Part shown: positions 53,569-63,331 of the stretch, piece by piece
Position numbering within the stretch: position 1 is the stretch's first letter
Layout of the letters: the number at the start of each line of letters is the position of its first letter
NCBI GenBank assembly: GCA_964493715.1
Contig: CAZBPC010000008.1
Span: forward strand, 9,714-73,713
DNA length: 64,000 nt
Source: an uncultured archaeon
GTDB lineage: Archaea > Asgardarchaeota > Lokiarchaeia > Sigyniarchaeales > SOKP01
Direction: 5' to 3'
Notes under the pieces: generated by a model
The model's input: only the letters and a program-made list of their open reading frames with translations
Databases searched by the model: none
Told to the model about the DNA's origin: nothing
Position numbers and translations under genes: made by a program

Positions 53569-54882
53569 TTAAATTCCACTCATCTTGTAAAGTTGTCTCA
53601 TTGCCATTGAAAGAATATAAGTTTGAATCTGTCTCGAGCCTCCGACTATTTCAGCGATTCTAGACATGTTTAAGAGGTCTTGCATCAATGTATTATCGCA
53701 CAAGCCCGCACCTCCCATGAGGTTCGCACATTCATAGCCAATTTCAGCCGCGAGTTTAGCTGCGTGATATTTGAATTGGCTTGCGGAGGCCACCATGGCT
53801 TGAGATATGTTTTGAGGAAGTGTTCCTCCGAATTTTTCAACTTTATCATCATAGCTCTTGCAAAACATTAGTAATCCAAGCGTGACATTGGTTAATCTTG
53901 CCCAAAGATCAGTCAAGAGAAAGCCTACCCCTTGGAACTTTAGGATTTCTTGATCGAATTGTTTCCTGTTATTCACGTATATCGAAGTATGTGAAACGGC
54001 GTTCCAACTTGAAGATATGCAATCGATTGCTATTCCTATTCGTTCCGGTACCAATCCTTCAAACAAGTGCTCACGACCTTTTCCCACTCCTCCAAGAACG
54101 TAATCTTTTGGAACTTTAAGATTATCAAATCTCTCCTTACCTAACCAAACTTTCGGAACATAAGGAATGAAGACTCTATCACAATGCCATCCCTCCCATG
54201 TGGTGTCTATTAGAAACTGAGCCATCGTATTACCGTTATTTTGTTCAGCGGTAGCATAGGCAACCACGTATCCTGCTTTAGGAGCGTTAGTGTTAAAAAT
54301 CTTATCTCCATTGAGGATAAAGCTTCCATCTGGTTGTTCTTTACAAGTTGTTAACATGTGAACAGCATCTGAACCTCGCTCCGGTTCCGTGATGAGGATG
54401 GCTCCGGGCGTTACTCCCGTGACAAATTTCTTCATGACTTCCAATCGTATTGGAACATTTTCGTGATGCTCATGAAGTGGGTTGATTGCTAATACCGTGG
54501 CACCACTTGCTAAAGAAAATTGGGGATCGAAGAAATTTACCGCTAAATTTCTCATGAATTCGATGGTTGCGCCATATTCGGGGTAATTAATATCAATCAT
54601 TTCAAAGGGATGAGCCCTTGTTAAAAACCCCTCTGCCCCAAATGCGGGGATCCAATTATAGATATCTTCATCTGGACTGTGAATTACATTATTTTTTTTT
54701 TCAAATCTCATGCAAAATTTCTGAATCGATTTTAAGAAATTGAAGTGCTTCGGTTCAAGCACCGTCATCAAGTTCGTGTTTAGGAACGCATAGCGATTCT
54801 TCAAGCTCAATTTCTCGAGGATCTCATCATTAATGGCTTGAGTTATGTATCTGGTTTTTTTCTCTCCTTCCATTTTTATCAC
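53569..54882 (-). CDS. Acyl-CoA dehydrogenase family protein (copy 3, inverted)
   Basis: Same motifs; close paralog; start probably the ATG at 54873. Confidence 0.92.
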   Translation of the reverse strand: MIKMEGEKKTRYITQAINDEILEKLSLKNRYAFLNTNLMTVLEPKHFNFLKSIQKFCMRFEKKNNVIHSPDEDIYNWIPAFGAEGFLTRAHPFEMIDINYPEYGATIEFMRNLAVNFFDPQFSLASGATVLAINPLHEHHENVPIRLEVMKKFVTGVTPGAILITEPERGSDAVHMLTTCKEQPDGSFILNGDKIFNTNAPKAGYVVAYATAEQNNGNTMAQFLIDTTWEGWHCDRVFIPYVPKVWLGKERFDNLKVPKDYVLGGVGKGREHLFEGLVPERIGIAIDCISSSWNAVSHTSIYVNNRKQFDQEILKFQGVGFLLTDLWARLTNVTLGLLMFCKSYDDKVEKFGGTLPQNISQAMVASASQFKYHAAKLAAEIGYECANLMGGAGLCDNTLMQDLLNMSRIAEIVGGSRQIQTYILSMAMRQLYKMSGI

Positions 54883-55015
54883 TTTAAGTTTTTTTAATTT
54901 AATTAAATAAGATATGAGAAATAGTATTAATAGTATTAAAAAGAGTATGAATTATTTATTTAATTTTATCATTATTAATGAGTTTAAAAAAACCTTTTTT
55001 TGATTCAGAACCGTT

Positions 55016-55762
55016 TCAAGTTATTAATTTTCTCAATCTCGCCGATAACTTTTTTGAAATTATCAACGCAGTCTCAAATGGGCTATTTTTTTTAAATTGA
55101 ATGACGGAGATGAAATTGTCAATGCCAACAAGTGAGAGAATGCCATAATCTTCGAGAGAAATCAATTCATGTATTTTAGAATTACCTATTATGAATCTAC
55201 TCTCTAAAAGCCTTATAATTTCAGATAGCACGTTCGAACTTAAGTAAGATATGATCACACGGCCTGTTTGAGTTAATAAGGCTGATGATATAACAAAAGA
55301 AGAAAATGTATGTAATTCTTCAAATACCTCTATAAGATCTTTTTGTATTTCTTCTGAAACCAATTTTTTACTTCTTTCCATTATTTCATCAATATCATGT
55401 TTGAATTCTTGATAAATAGAGATATCTCCATTAAAATTTTCAGTTAATTGAGTTAAATCAAATTTTTCTAAAAATTGGCTTTTAATTTCTCTTAGTTGGT
55501 TTCTCAACTCTACTAGATTATCAGTTCTATCACTAAATAATGCAAACATTAATTCACTGGAATCTGCTTTTTCAATTTCAAAAATAAACCGGAAAGGTCC
55601 CACTTCAATTTCTGAAAGTTCTTTAGTTTTCAAAGTTGCCTTTACAAAGGAGAATATGGCACTTAGAAAGCTACTTGTTAGCTTAATGTTAAAAATATCT
55701 TCATAAGTCTTGTAGAAAATCAATTCTCCTGTAGATTTCATTATAAAGATATTTTTGATCAT
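55016..55762 (-). CDS. Longin-like plus roadblock/LC7-like domain protein (Asgard eukaryotic-signature type)
   Basis: N-terminal MI..IFI...GE.IF...Y...L.SSFLSAI.SF longin pattern; second domain SSALL...G..I.S. Confidence 0.65.
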   Translation of the reverse strand: MIKNIFIMKSTGELIFYKTYEDIFNIKLTSSFLSAIFSFVKATLKTKELSEIEVGPFRFIFEIEKADSSELMFALFSDRTDNLVELRNQLREIKSQFLEKFDLTQLTENFNGDISIYQEFKHDIDEIMERSKKLVSEEIQKDLIEVFEELHTFSSFVISSALLTQTGRVIISYLSSNVLSEIIRLLESRFIIGNSKIHELISLEDYGILSLVGIDNFISVIQFKKNSPFETALIISKKLSARLRKLIT

Positions 55763-55928
55763 GATTATAATTTAAAGAAAATGCTTGGTCTATACAATTC
55801 TTATAAAAGTACAATTATAAAAATCCTCTTTTAAGTAAATACCTCTTATTTAATGAATTTTTTTAAAACTTCGAAGAAAAAATCCTTAAAAAAATGTTTA
55901 AATGGAGGATACTATTAATAGATTTGGC

Positions 55929-56663
55929 TTAATACCCATCAAACTTAGCCCATTCGTCATCATCTTCAAAATCTTCTTCCTCATCATGAGATGTTGGGGC
56001 ATTTTCATCAACTTCGCGTTCAATGGAATCATCTTCATAGTACTCTTCATCTTCATCAAAGGAAATAGCTTTTTCCAAATCAGTTATGATATCTTCGGCA
56101 GTAACTTGAATCTCTGGAATAGGTTCCTCTTTAGGTGTCTTCTTTTCAACTAATTTTAAATAATCACCATGTATTTTGATGGTTATTGGAGTTTCTTCTT
56201 GTAACAACCTTACCACCACTTCCTCGCTACTGGAAGTATCATGAGGCATTCTCATTACTAAAGCCCTAGATCCTTCAAAAACACCACTGATTATTTCTAC
56301 GGTATCTCCTTCCTCTAAATATTCAGTGACACTTCTTGGAAGAAGTACATGTTTTAATTCTGTCAAATTTATGTTTTGAACAATTCTGCCTTTAATGTGA
56401 GGAATTCCTTGTACGCCAATTTGCACATCACGTTTTTGTGGTGCTTCAAAAAAGATGTAACCGGGTAATAATGGGCTTATTAATATTGCTCGAATATCTG
56501 GAATTACTTCTAAAATTTTGAATCTGTAAAAAATCTGTTTCAGAATGTTGCTCTCCTGGTTGATTGTCGTCCTGACAGCGAATAATGTCGTTAACTCTTC
56601 CTTTTCATCTATTTCAATTGGTAGTAAATAATCATCATTAACTTCATCTTCTTGCTTTACCAT
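55929..56663 (-). CDS. spt5: Transcription elongation factor Spt5 (NGN + KOW) with acidic tails
   Basis: FAVRTT..QE, L.GYIF.EA, EGD.VEI.SG.F.G..A.V KOW motif. Confidence 0.88.
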   Translation of the reverse strand: MVKQEDEVNDDYLLPIEIDEKEELTTLFAVRTTINQESNILKQIFYRFKILEVIPDIRAILISPLLPGYIFFEAPQKRDVQIGVQGIPHIKGRIVQNINLTELKHVLLPRSVTEYLEEGDTVEIISGVFEGSRALVMRMPHDTSSSEEVVVRLLQEETPITIKIHGDYLKLVEKKTPKEEPIPEIQVTAEDIITDLEKAISFDEDEEYYEDDSIEREVDENAPTSHDEEEDFEDDDEWAKFDGY

Positions 56664-56854
56664 TCTTCCTCACTTTTCTTATTTGAATTTACAATTTTTT
56701 AAAATTGTTGATTTAATTTATTAGAAAAAAAGCTTAAGTTTCTTAGTTTTTTCTAAATTATAAAATTTTGCTTTTATATACAATCTTGATTGTATTAAAT
56801 AATTAAGTAGTTTTGGCAATGTCATCTTTCTGGCTAACTGAAGTTTCAAACTTA

Positions 56855-57196
56855 TTAGTATTCATATTTATCTTCGGGTTTATACTCTCCTTTGATAAAT
56901 ATAACTTTTAATTGATCCTCTGTATTATTTTTAATATTGTGTGTTTCATTTGGTTCTATTAAAAAGACACTCCCTTGAGGAGCGTCATGTTTTTTCCCAT
57001 CTACTAGCATTAAACCACTACCTTCAATAAAATAAAAAGTTTCATCAACTTCATGATGACCATGTTCTACATCTGCCATTGTCTCACCAGGTTTTAATAG
57101 AATAATGCCCCAATCGATACTAGGACCTCTCATTAGATATTTAACTCCTGAATCTCCCTTCCTGTACTCTAAATCGTTTTCATTTATTTGCTTAAT
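56855..57196 (-). CDS. Cupin domain protein (probable ATT start at 57196; ORF track starts at 57214)
   Basis: HGH.EV.ETFYF..G.G, G.V..IEP.E.H cupin motifs. Confidence 0.88.
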   Translation of the reverse strand: MKQINENDLEYRKGDSGVKYLMRGPSIDWGIILLKPGETMADVEHGHHEVDETFYFIEGSGLMLVDGKKHDAPQGSVFLIEPNETHNIKNNTEDQLKVIFIKGEYKPEDKYEY

Positions 57197-57351
57197 TTCT
57201 AACCACCATCTCAAAATGCATTATAATAAAGAAATTATCAATATTCTATTTTAAATGTTATTATAATTATAATTCGTACCTTTTTGACCTCATAATAAAG
57301 GTTATAATAGGTAACAAATGTTTAGATCCTATATAGAGCCATATAATAAAA

Positions 57352-58551
57352 GTGATAGTAAATATGATACCCTCTTTCAATTTTACCCGAATACCCCAAA
57401 TTATTTTTGGACCGGGTAAATTAGCAAATCTTTATTCTCTTATCTCGCAATATGGAAAATCTGTTCTTATTGTTGTAGGTGCAAGCTCTCTCAAAAAATC
57501 TGGAAAGTTGGATGAAATTCAGAAGACTCTCAAAGATAAGATGATAAATTTTCAATTCATAGATGTAAATGGGGAACCATCACCAAGTATGGTTGATGAG
57601 GTTGCTCAAAAATATCGTAATAAAAATATAGATTTAGTGATAGGAATTGGTGGTGGAAGTGTCACTGATGCTGGTAAAGCGATTTCAGCAATGATCCCTA
57701 AGTTAGACTCAATTATAAATTACCTTGAGGGTGTAGGAACAAAGATCCATGATGGACAGAAAATACCATATATTGCTATTCCAACAACATCAGGTACTGG
57801 AAGTGAGGCAACAAAAAACGCTGTGATTAGCGAAATTGGACCAGCAGGTTTTAAAAAATCACTTCGACACGACAATTTAATTCCCGATGTAGCTATTGTA
57901 GATCCAGAGCTAATGATATCATGCCCTCCATCTGTTAGTGCTGCATGTGGGATGGATGCATTCACTCAATTACTTGAATCTTATGTATCTTCTAAAGCAA
58001 ATCCAATAACAGATGCTTTAGCATACAGTGGTATGACATACATAAAAGATGCATTAATTCCTGCTTGCTCCAATCAATCTTCAAACATCAAAATTAGAAG
58101 TTCTATGGCTTATGGATCCCTCATTTCAGGGATGACTCTCGCAAATGCCGGTCTAGGAATTATACACGGATTAGCATCACCAATTGGAGCTAATTTTATC
58201 ATTCCTCATGGTGTTGTGTGTGGAACGATCCTTGCTGAGGCTACTAAAATGAATATAAAGATGCTACAAAAAATGGGATCAGAGGGCAAGATTAGCTTGA
58301 AAAAATACGCTGATATTGGAGCTCTACTTTCCGATGAGCCATTGAACACAAAAACAAATCTTTCTGTAAATCTCTCAACTCTCATTAAAACTCTTGAAAA
58401 TTGGACTTACATTTTGCATTTAGAGAGATTAAGTAAATACGGGATTTCTTATAATGACATCAACAAGATTGTTGAAAAAGCAGAATTAAAGAATAATCCC
58501 GTGAAGCTTGATAAAAAAGATATGATAGAAATTTTAGAAAATCGTATATAA
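57352..58551 (+). CDS. Iron-containing alcohol dehydrogenase
   Basis: GIGGGS..DAGK, PTTSGTGSE.T, GMDA..Q..E, H.....HG. Confidence 0.93.
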   Translation: MIVNMIPSFNFTRIPQIIFGPGKLANLYSLISQYGKSVLIVVGASSLKKSGKLDEIQKTLKDKMINFQFIDVNGEPSPSMVDEVAQKYRNKNIDLVIGIGGGSVTDAGKAISAMIPKLDSIINYLEGVGTKIHDGQKIPYIAIPTTSGTGSEATKNAVISEIGPAGFKKSLRHDNLIPDVAIVDPELMISCPPSVSAACGMDAFTQLLESYVSSKANPITDALAYSGMTYIKDALIPACSNQSSNIKIRSSMAYGSLISGMTLANAGLGIIHGLASPIGANFIIPHGVVCGTILAEATKMNIKMLQKMGSEGKISLKKYADIGALLSDEPLNTKTNLSVNLSTLIKTLENWTYILHLERLSKYGISYNDINKIVEKAELKNNPVKLDKKDMIEILENRI

Positions 58552-58581
58552 TTAAAAATAATCAAGAATTATTTATTAAAA

Positions 58582-59013
58582 ATGCGCTGTAATATAGTAG
58601 TTATTGATGCAAATTTTCTTTTTCTTCCAATTCAATTTAAGATTGATTTTCTTAGTGAAATATCCTTTAAGCTAGTCGGAAAAAACTACTTCCTCATTTA
58701 TAAGCAAATTTTCGATGAGTTAGAGTCAAAGAAAAATAGATTACATGAAATCTCAAAATTTGGAAGAGAATTTAACTTTGTATCAGTGTATCTTGAATCT
58801 AATAAAAATAATTACAATCTCATATATATTAATAAAATTAAAGAAAGATCTGAAACAACAGATCAATTTTTACTTAATGAATGCTTGCGATTAAAAAAAA
58901 CCCATCATAATATATATTTAGCAACGAATGATTCGCAATTACGTAAGGAAGCAACTAAAACAAATATTAGAAATATTTGTTTACGACAAAAAAAATATCT
59001 AATAATTTGTTAA
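58582..59013 (+). CDS. PIN-domain protein (Fcf1/Utp24/VapC9-like)
   Basis: VVIDANFL, .EL, D..L, LATND..LR, LRQ. Confidence 0.8.
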   Translation: MRCNIVVIDANFLFLPIQFKIDFLSEISFKLVGKNYFLIYKQIFDELESKKNRLHEISKFGREFNFVSVYLESNKNNYNLIYINKIKERSETTDQFLLNECLRLKKTHHNIYLATNDSQLRKEATKTNIRNICLRQKKYLIIC

Positions 59014-59136
59014 TATCAAAACAAAGGCTTTTTTTAATAGAATTATTACAATATAACAATATTCTTGTGAATTTTAGAAGAACTGCGAGTGTAATAAACT
59101 CTAATTCGAAAAAGATAAATCATTGTTTGACAAAAA

Positions 59137-59652
59137 ATGTCGAAAATAATAAAAATTATTATCACTGGAAATGGAGGCGTTGGAAAAACGACCTTACTTC
59201 ATCGATACATAGAAGGGCACTTCCTGGTAGACACATACATGACGATAGGAGTCGAATTTTTTATAAAAGAGTTGGATGTCGATGAATCAAAAATATTAAT
59301 GCAGATTTGGGATTTTGGCGGGCAAGAGCGCTTCCGTTTTCTATTAAAAAGTTATGCAAAAGGAACGAAGGGGGCTCTCTTTTTATTTGATTTGACCAGA
59401 CCTCTTTCAATAGAAAGTATTGATGAGTGGATTGATATTTGTAGATCGGAAGATCCCACCACCCCTATTTTACTGGTTGGCTCGAAAGCAGATTTAGAAG
59501 AGACAACTTTTATAGACGAGGAGTATATTCGAAACATTCAATATAAGTATGGTTTATTTGATTTCATAAAAATATCAAGCAAAAGTGGAAGAAATGTTGA
59601 TAAAGCATTTAGATTAATTGCTGAAAAAGTTGTCAAATCAAATAATTTCTAA
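59137..59652 (+). CDS. Rab-like small GTPase
   Basis: GNGGVGKT, TIGVEF, WDFGGQERF, SKAD, SSK. Confidence 0.95.
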   Translation: MSKIIKIIITGNGGVGKTTLLHRYIEGHFLVDTYMTIGVEFFIKELDVDESKILMQIWDFGGQERFRFLLKSYAKGTKGALFLFDLTRPLSIESIDEWIDICRSEDPTTPILLVGSKADLEETTFIDEEYIRNIQYKYGLFDFIKISSKSGRNVDKAFRLIAEKVVKSNNF

Positions 59653-59697
59653 AAGTGCAGTCAAATTCTTTCTTATATTCTTGACAAAATTTAAGAA

Positions 59698-60219
59698 TTA
59701 ATAATTTTGTCGTTCCAAAATCTTTCTTGTTAGTAGTTCAAAAGCATTCTGAACATTCTCACCAGTTTTACTTGAAATCCGCAAATATTCAAATAAATTA
59801 AAATGATTCTTAAATTCTTCGGCATATTCATCATTAATCATAATTTCTTCGGCTAAATCATTTTTAGTGCCTAAAAAAATCACTGGTAAGTTTGGATCAC
59901 CCTTGCGAACAATATTTATCCATTGTTCCAAATTATCTAAAGTCATCGGGCGCGTCAAATCAAACATTAAAAGCGCTCCCTTTGCTCCCAATACATAGCT
60001 TTCTAATAGAAATCTAAATCGCTGCTGACCCCCAAAATCCCATAATTGAAGCGTGCATTGTTGCTCATCAACAATTGTCTCTTTTAAGTAAAATTCTACA
60101 CCAATAGTCATCTTGGTTGAAGCGGAGAACTTTCCTTCAACAAGACGGTGAAGTAAGGTCGTTTTTCCAACACCTCCTTCACCAGCTGTCAGAATTTTCA
60201 ATATAAACTTTTTAGGAAT
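59698..60219 (-). CDS. Rab-like small GTPase (probable ATT start at 60219; ORF track starts at 60201)
   Basis: GEGGVGKT, TIGVEF, WDFGGQ.RF, TKND, SSK.G.NV..AF. Confidence 0.95.
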   Translation of the reverse strand: MPKKFILKILTAGEGGVGKTTLLHRLVEGKFSASTKMTIGVEFYLKETIVDEQQCTLQLWDFGGQQRFRFLLESYVLGAKGALLMFDLTRPMTLDNLEQWINIVRKGDPNLPVIFLGTKNDLAEEIMINDEYAEEFKNHFNLFEYLRISSKTGENVQNAFELLTRKILERQNY

Positions 60220-60593
60220 CGTTGTTCACCCTGTTATAAGCATTTTGTTTATATTAATGATTATTTTGAGAATCATAATTTGCAAAACTAATTTATCATT
60301 TGATTCAAGGATATAATAGAAGTATTAATTGAGTTTTCAATAAATTAAATTTCTAATATTATTTGATCTTTATATTTTATTGTATTTTTCAGATATTTTC
60401 ATTGTTTAATACGATTTAACTATTGAAAATTAAATCATCATGCAATTACGATAAAACTCTATATTATTTACTCTTTCCATTTAATTAAATTTAAATGAGA
60501 GTCTTTTTTAATGCTACGTTGATGTAAATAATATATATTATGAGGATTCTTATAATATATAATGACGAATAAGTGTTTAAATAAGTGATTTTG

Positions 60594-60872
60594 ATGAAAA
60601 AAAAAATACCCTCTGATGGAGAATTAAAAAATCTAGGTATTGAATCATGGGGGATATGGGAAAAGGAAAAAAGCATTTTCGATTGGTCTTATAGTGAAAC
60701 TGAAACATGTTATATTCTAGATGGTGAGGTGGAGGTAACTGATTCTGAAACTGGAGAAAAAATAGACTTTAAAAAAGGAGATCTTGTTCAGTTTCCAAAA
60801 GGGTTGAATTGTGTTTGGAATGTTAAGAAACCAATAAGGAAATACTACAATTTTGGCGATTTAGATATATAA
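60594..60872 (+). CDS. Cupin_3 (DUF861) protein
   Basis: W.IW.KE.S.F.W.Y...E.CYIL.GEV, GDLV.FP.G..C.W. Confidence 0.9.
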   Translation: MKKKIPSDGELKNLGIESWGIWEKEKSIFDWSYSETETCYILDGEVEVTDSETGEKIDFKKGDLVQFPKGLNCVWNVKKPIRKYYNFGDLDI

Positions 60873-60952
60873 TCGATTATTTTTTCTTCTTTTTTTTTGG
60901 GCAAAGCTTCAAATATAAACAGACCAAAATTATTTATGCCTAAGAATAAATT

Positions 60953-62662
60953 TTGATTTTCATGAGTAGTTATCCCATAAAATACAATGATCTATTTGAG
61001 AAAGCTCCGTTTTCTATAGTTTTTTTGGATCTTAACGGAAACATCATTGATGTTAATATTTCTACAGAAAAGATATATGGTTATAATAGAGAAGAACTAA
61101 TTGGATTAAATTACCTAAAATTATCCGCTTATCCAACAGATTTATTACCTCTCTTAAGGGAGAGATTAAAAAATGCAGGAGTGGGAATTCTTTTAAAACC
61201 TGAGGAATTTCAGATATATAGAAAGGATGGGAGCATCGCTTGGGTGATTTCTTTTATATCCCTAATAAAAGTTGCTGATTCCTCTATAATTCAAGCAATT
61301 TTATTAGATATAACTGAACTAAAACAAATTGAAGCTCAGTTAAAAGAGAAAATTAAAATAGAGCAAATAATTTCGAAAATATCCTCTCGATTTGTAAGTG
61401 ATACTGAAATAGATTCAGCAATCTTTTCCTCTCTAAGAGATATGGGGTCATTATATAATGCTACCCGAGCTTACATTCTTCTTTATAATAACGTATCAAG
61501 TTTGGATTTTTTTGCTCAAGTACAATGCGAGGACTCCGAAGATATTCCTAAAGTTGACCTGAAATACATAGATCCTCTAAAATTTCCATGGATCAGAATG
61601 CAATTTAGAAAGCTTGGTTATATTTTTATAGAAGATATACTTAATCTCCCCAAAATTGCTAATCAAACAAAAAATGAACTAGGAAAATTTAAAATCAAAT
61701 CTCTTCTAGCTTTCCCTTTAAATATCAAAAATGGAAATAGGGGTTTTATTGTCTTTGATAATATCAAAGAGAATTTAAAGTGCGATCCCAATAATTTAAG
61801 TTCGATACAAACTTGTGCCGAAATAATCGCGAATGCTCTGGATCGAAAATGGTCTAATGAAACGTTAAGAGGTAGTCATCAACTTTTAGGGGGTATCCTA
61901 TCTTCACTCACAGAAATGATATGCTTAATCGATAAAGAATTGAATATTATTTGGGTTAATAATGCTACAAAGAATATTATGGGTAGAGATTTATCTGGGA
62001 AAAAATGTTATGAAGTTTTTATGCATCAGAATAAACCCTGTACAAATTGCATAGGTCTAAAAACCTTTTTGGATGGTTCAATACATGAAAGTGAGCAAAA
62101 ATTGATCGATATTGATAAGAACATATATTACTGGTGGACCACATCGAATTCAGCTGCCTTAGATATAGAGGGTGAACCAGAATTAGTGATATTAATTTTT
62201 AGAGATATCACAAAAAGAAAGGAGGTAGAACTTAGTCTTGAGACCTCAGAAAAAAAATTAAAATCTCTTAACGAAATCCTTGCACAACAAGTAGAGGAAA
62301 GAACGAAGGAATTAAAAACATCAGAAGAAAGCTACAAAAAAATTTTAAATGATTTAGATGTTGGATTTTATAAAGGAGAATTTAAAGGAAAAATGCTCAT
62401 GCATAACCAAACGGTCAATAAAATCTTAGGTATTGAGTTTACAAAATCTTTAGTAGGTACTTCATCTACTGATTTTTTTTCAGATCCCAATACTCGTAAT
62501 GAATACTATAAAAAATTACTAACCGATGGAAGAATTCAAAATTTTATCGCAGAACTTATCATACCTTCAGGTGAAAAAATTTGGGTACGAGTAAACTCTC
62601 ATTTAATTAGAGATGAAGATGGCAATCCAAAAGAAGTCGAAGGCACTATTATAAAAATGTAA
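60953..62662 (+). CDS. PAS-GAF-PAS-PAS sensory protein with no output domain
   Basis: Three PAS/PAC repeats (DITE.K, DITKRK), one GAF (SLLA.PL....GF...D); ends right after the last PAC. Confidence 0.85.
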   Translation: MIFMSSYPIKYNDLFEKAPFSIVFLDLNGNIIDVNISTEKIYGYNREELIGLNYLKLSAYPTDLLPLLRERLKNAGVGILLKPEEFQIYRKDGSIAWVISFISLIKVADSSIIQAILLDITELKQIEAQLKEKIKIEQIISKISSRFVSDTEIDSAIFSSLRDMGSLYNATRAYILLYNNVSSLDFFAQVQCEDSEDIPKVDLKYIDPLKFPWIRMQFRKLGYIFIEDILNLPKIANQTKNELGKFKIKSLLAFPLNIKNGNRGFIVFDNIKENLKCDPNNLSSIQTCAEIIANALDRKWSNETLRGSHQLLGGILSSLTEMICLIDKELNIIWVNNATKNIMGRDLSGKKCYEVFMHQNKPCTNCIGLKTFLDGSIHESEQKLIDIDKNIYYWWTTSNSAALDIEGEPELVILIFRDITKRKEVELSLETSEKKLKSLNEILAQQVEERTKELKTSEESYKKILNDLDVGFYKGEFKGKMLMHNQTVNKILGIEFTKSLVGTSSTDFFSDPNTRNEYYKKLLTDGRIQNFIAELIIPSGEKIWVRVNSHLIRDEDGNPKEVEGTIIKM

Positions 62663-62674
62663 AAAATGGGTTTT

Positions 62675-63220
62675 TTATGTATTAAATCTTTGTTTTTCTC
62701 TGTATTCTTTTACTGAAATTTCTCTTTGGCTTAATCTGTTGTTTTTAATTAGGGTTTCTTCAATTGCTTTCACTTGTGCCCTTGTTGTTACTTTAAAATT
62801 TGTTAACTTTTCTAGAATTTCTTTTTCTCCCAAACCGACTTTATATAATTTAGTAAATGCTTCAATGGTCTTTTCATTGAAAAAAATGTATTGTTTATTG
62901 AGAAAAATTATTAACCATCCTTTCTTTTTTTGTTTTATGCTCATTAAAAACATTTGTTCTTGAATTTTTTTAAGGGGCTTCTTTAAAAGTTTAGATAGGG
63001 TTTTATCATCTACTGATTTATACTCTTTAATAAATCTCTTAAACTTTATTGAAAAAATTAAAGAAGGCACATCAGTGATTAAATATATAATAATTACTAT
63101 TACTGTTATCCATATAGCAGTTATCAGGCTATAAAATGATATAATGAAAATTATGAAAGCTACGATTAATATCCAATATTTTCTTAAAGATAATAGGATT
63201 ATTTTAAACTTTTCTAGCAT
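62675..63220 (-). CDS. Hypothetical basic membrane protein
   Basis: Two N-terminal TMs, Lys-rich remainder. Confidence 0.7.
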   Translation of the reverse strand: MLEKFKIILLSLRKYWILIVAFIIFIISFYSLITAIWITVIVIIIYLITDVPSLIFSIKFKRFIKEYKSVDDKTLSKLLKKPLKKIQEQMFLMSIKQKKKGWLIIFLNKQYIFFNEKTIEAFTKLYKVGLGEKEILEKLTNFKVTTRAQVKAIEETLIKNNRLSQREISVKEYREKQRFNT

Positions 63221-63331
63221 GATTCATCCGGTAAAATAAAGAATGTTTCTGTATGATGAATGATTATTATTGCTACCTTAAAAAAATTATTACTTAAAAT
63301 TGGAAGTTCAATAATAGAATAATATTAGCAC

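Noticed and set aside
513-62963. Numerous short antisense or overlapping ORFs in the track (e.g. 2056-2379, 11709-12197, 23514-23867, 30036-30488, 46354-46725, 58977-59285)
   Set aside because: They are shadows of well-supported genes, with no motifs or SD sites.
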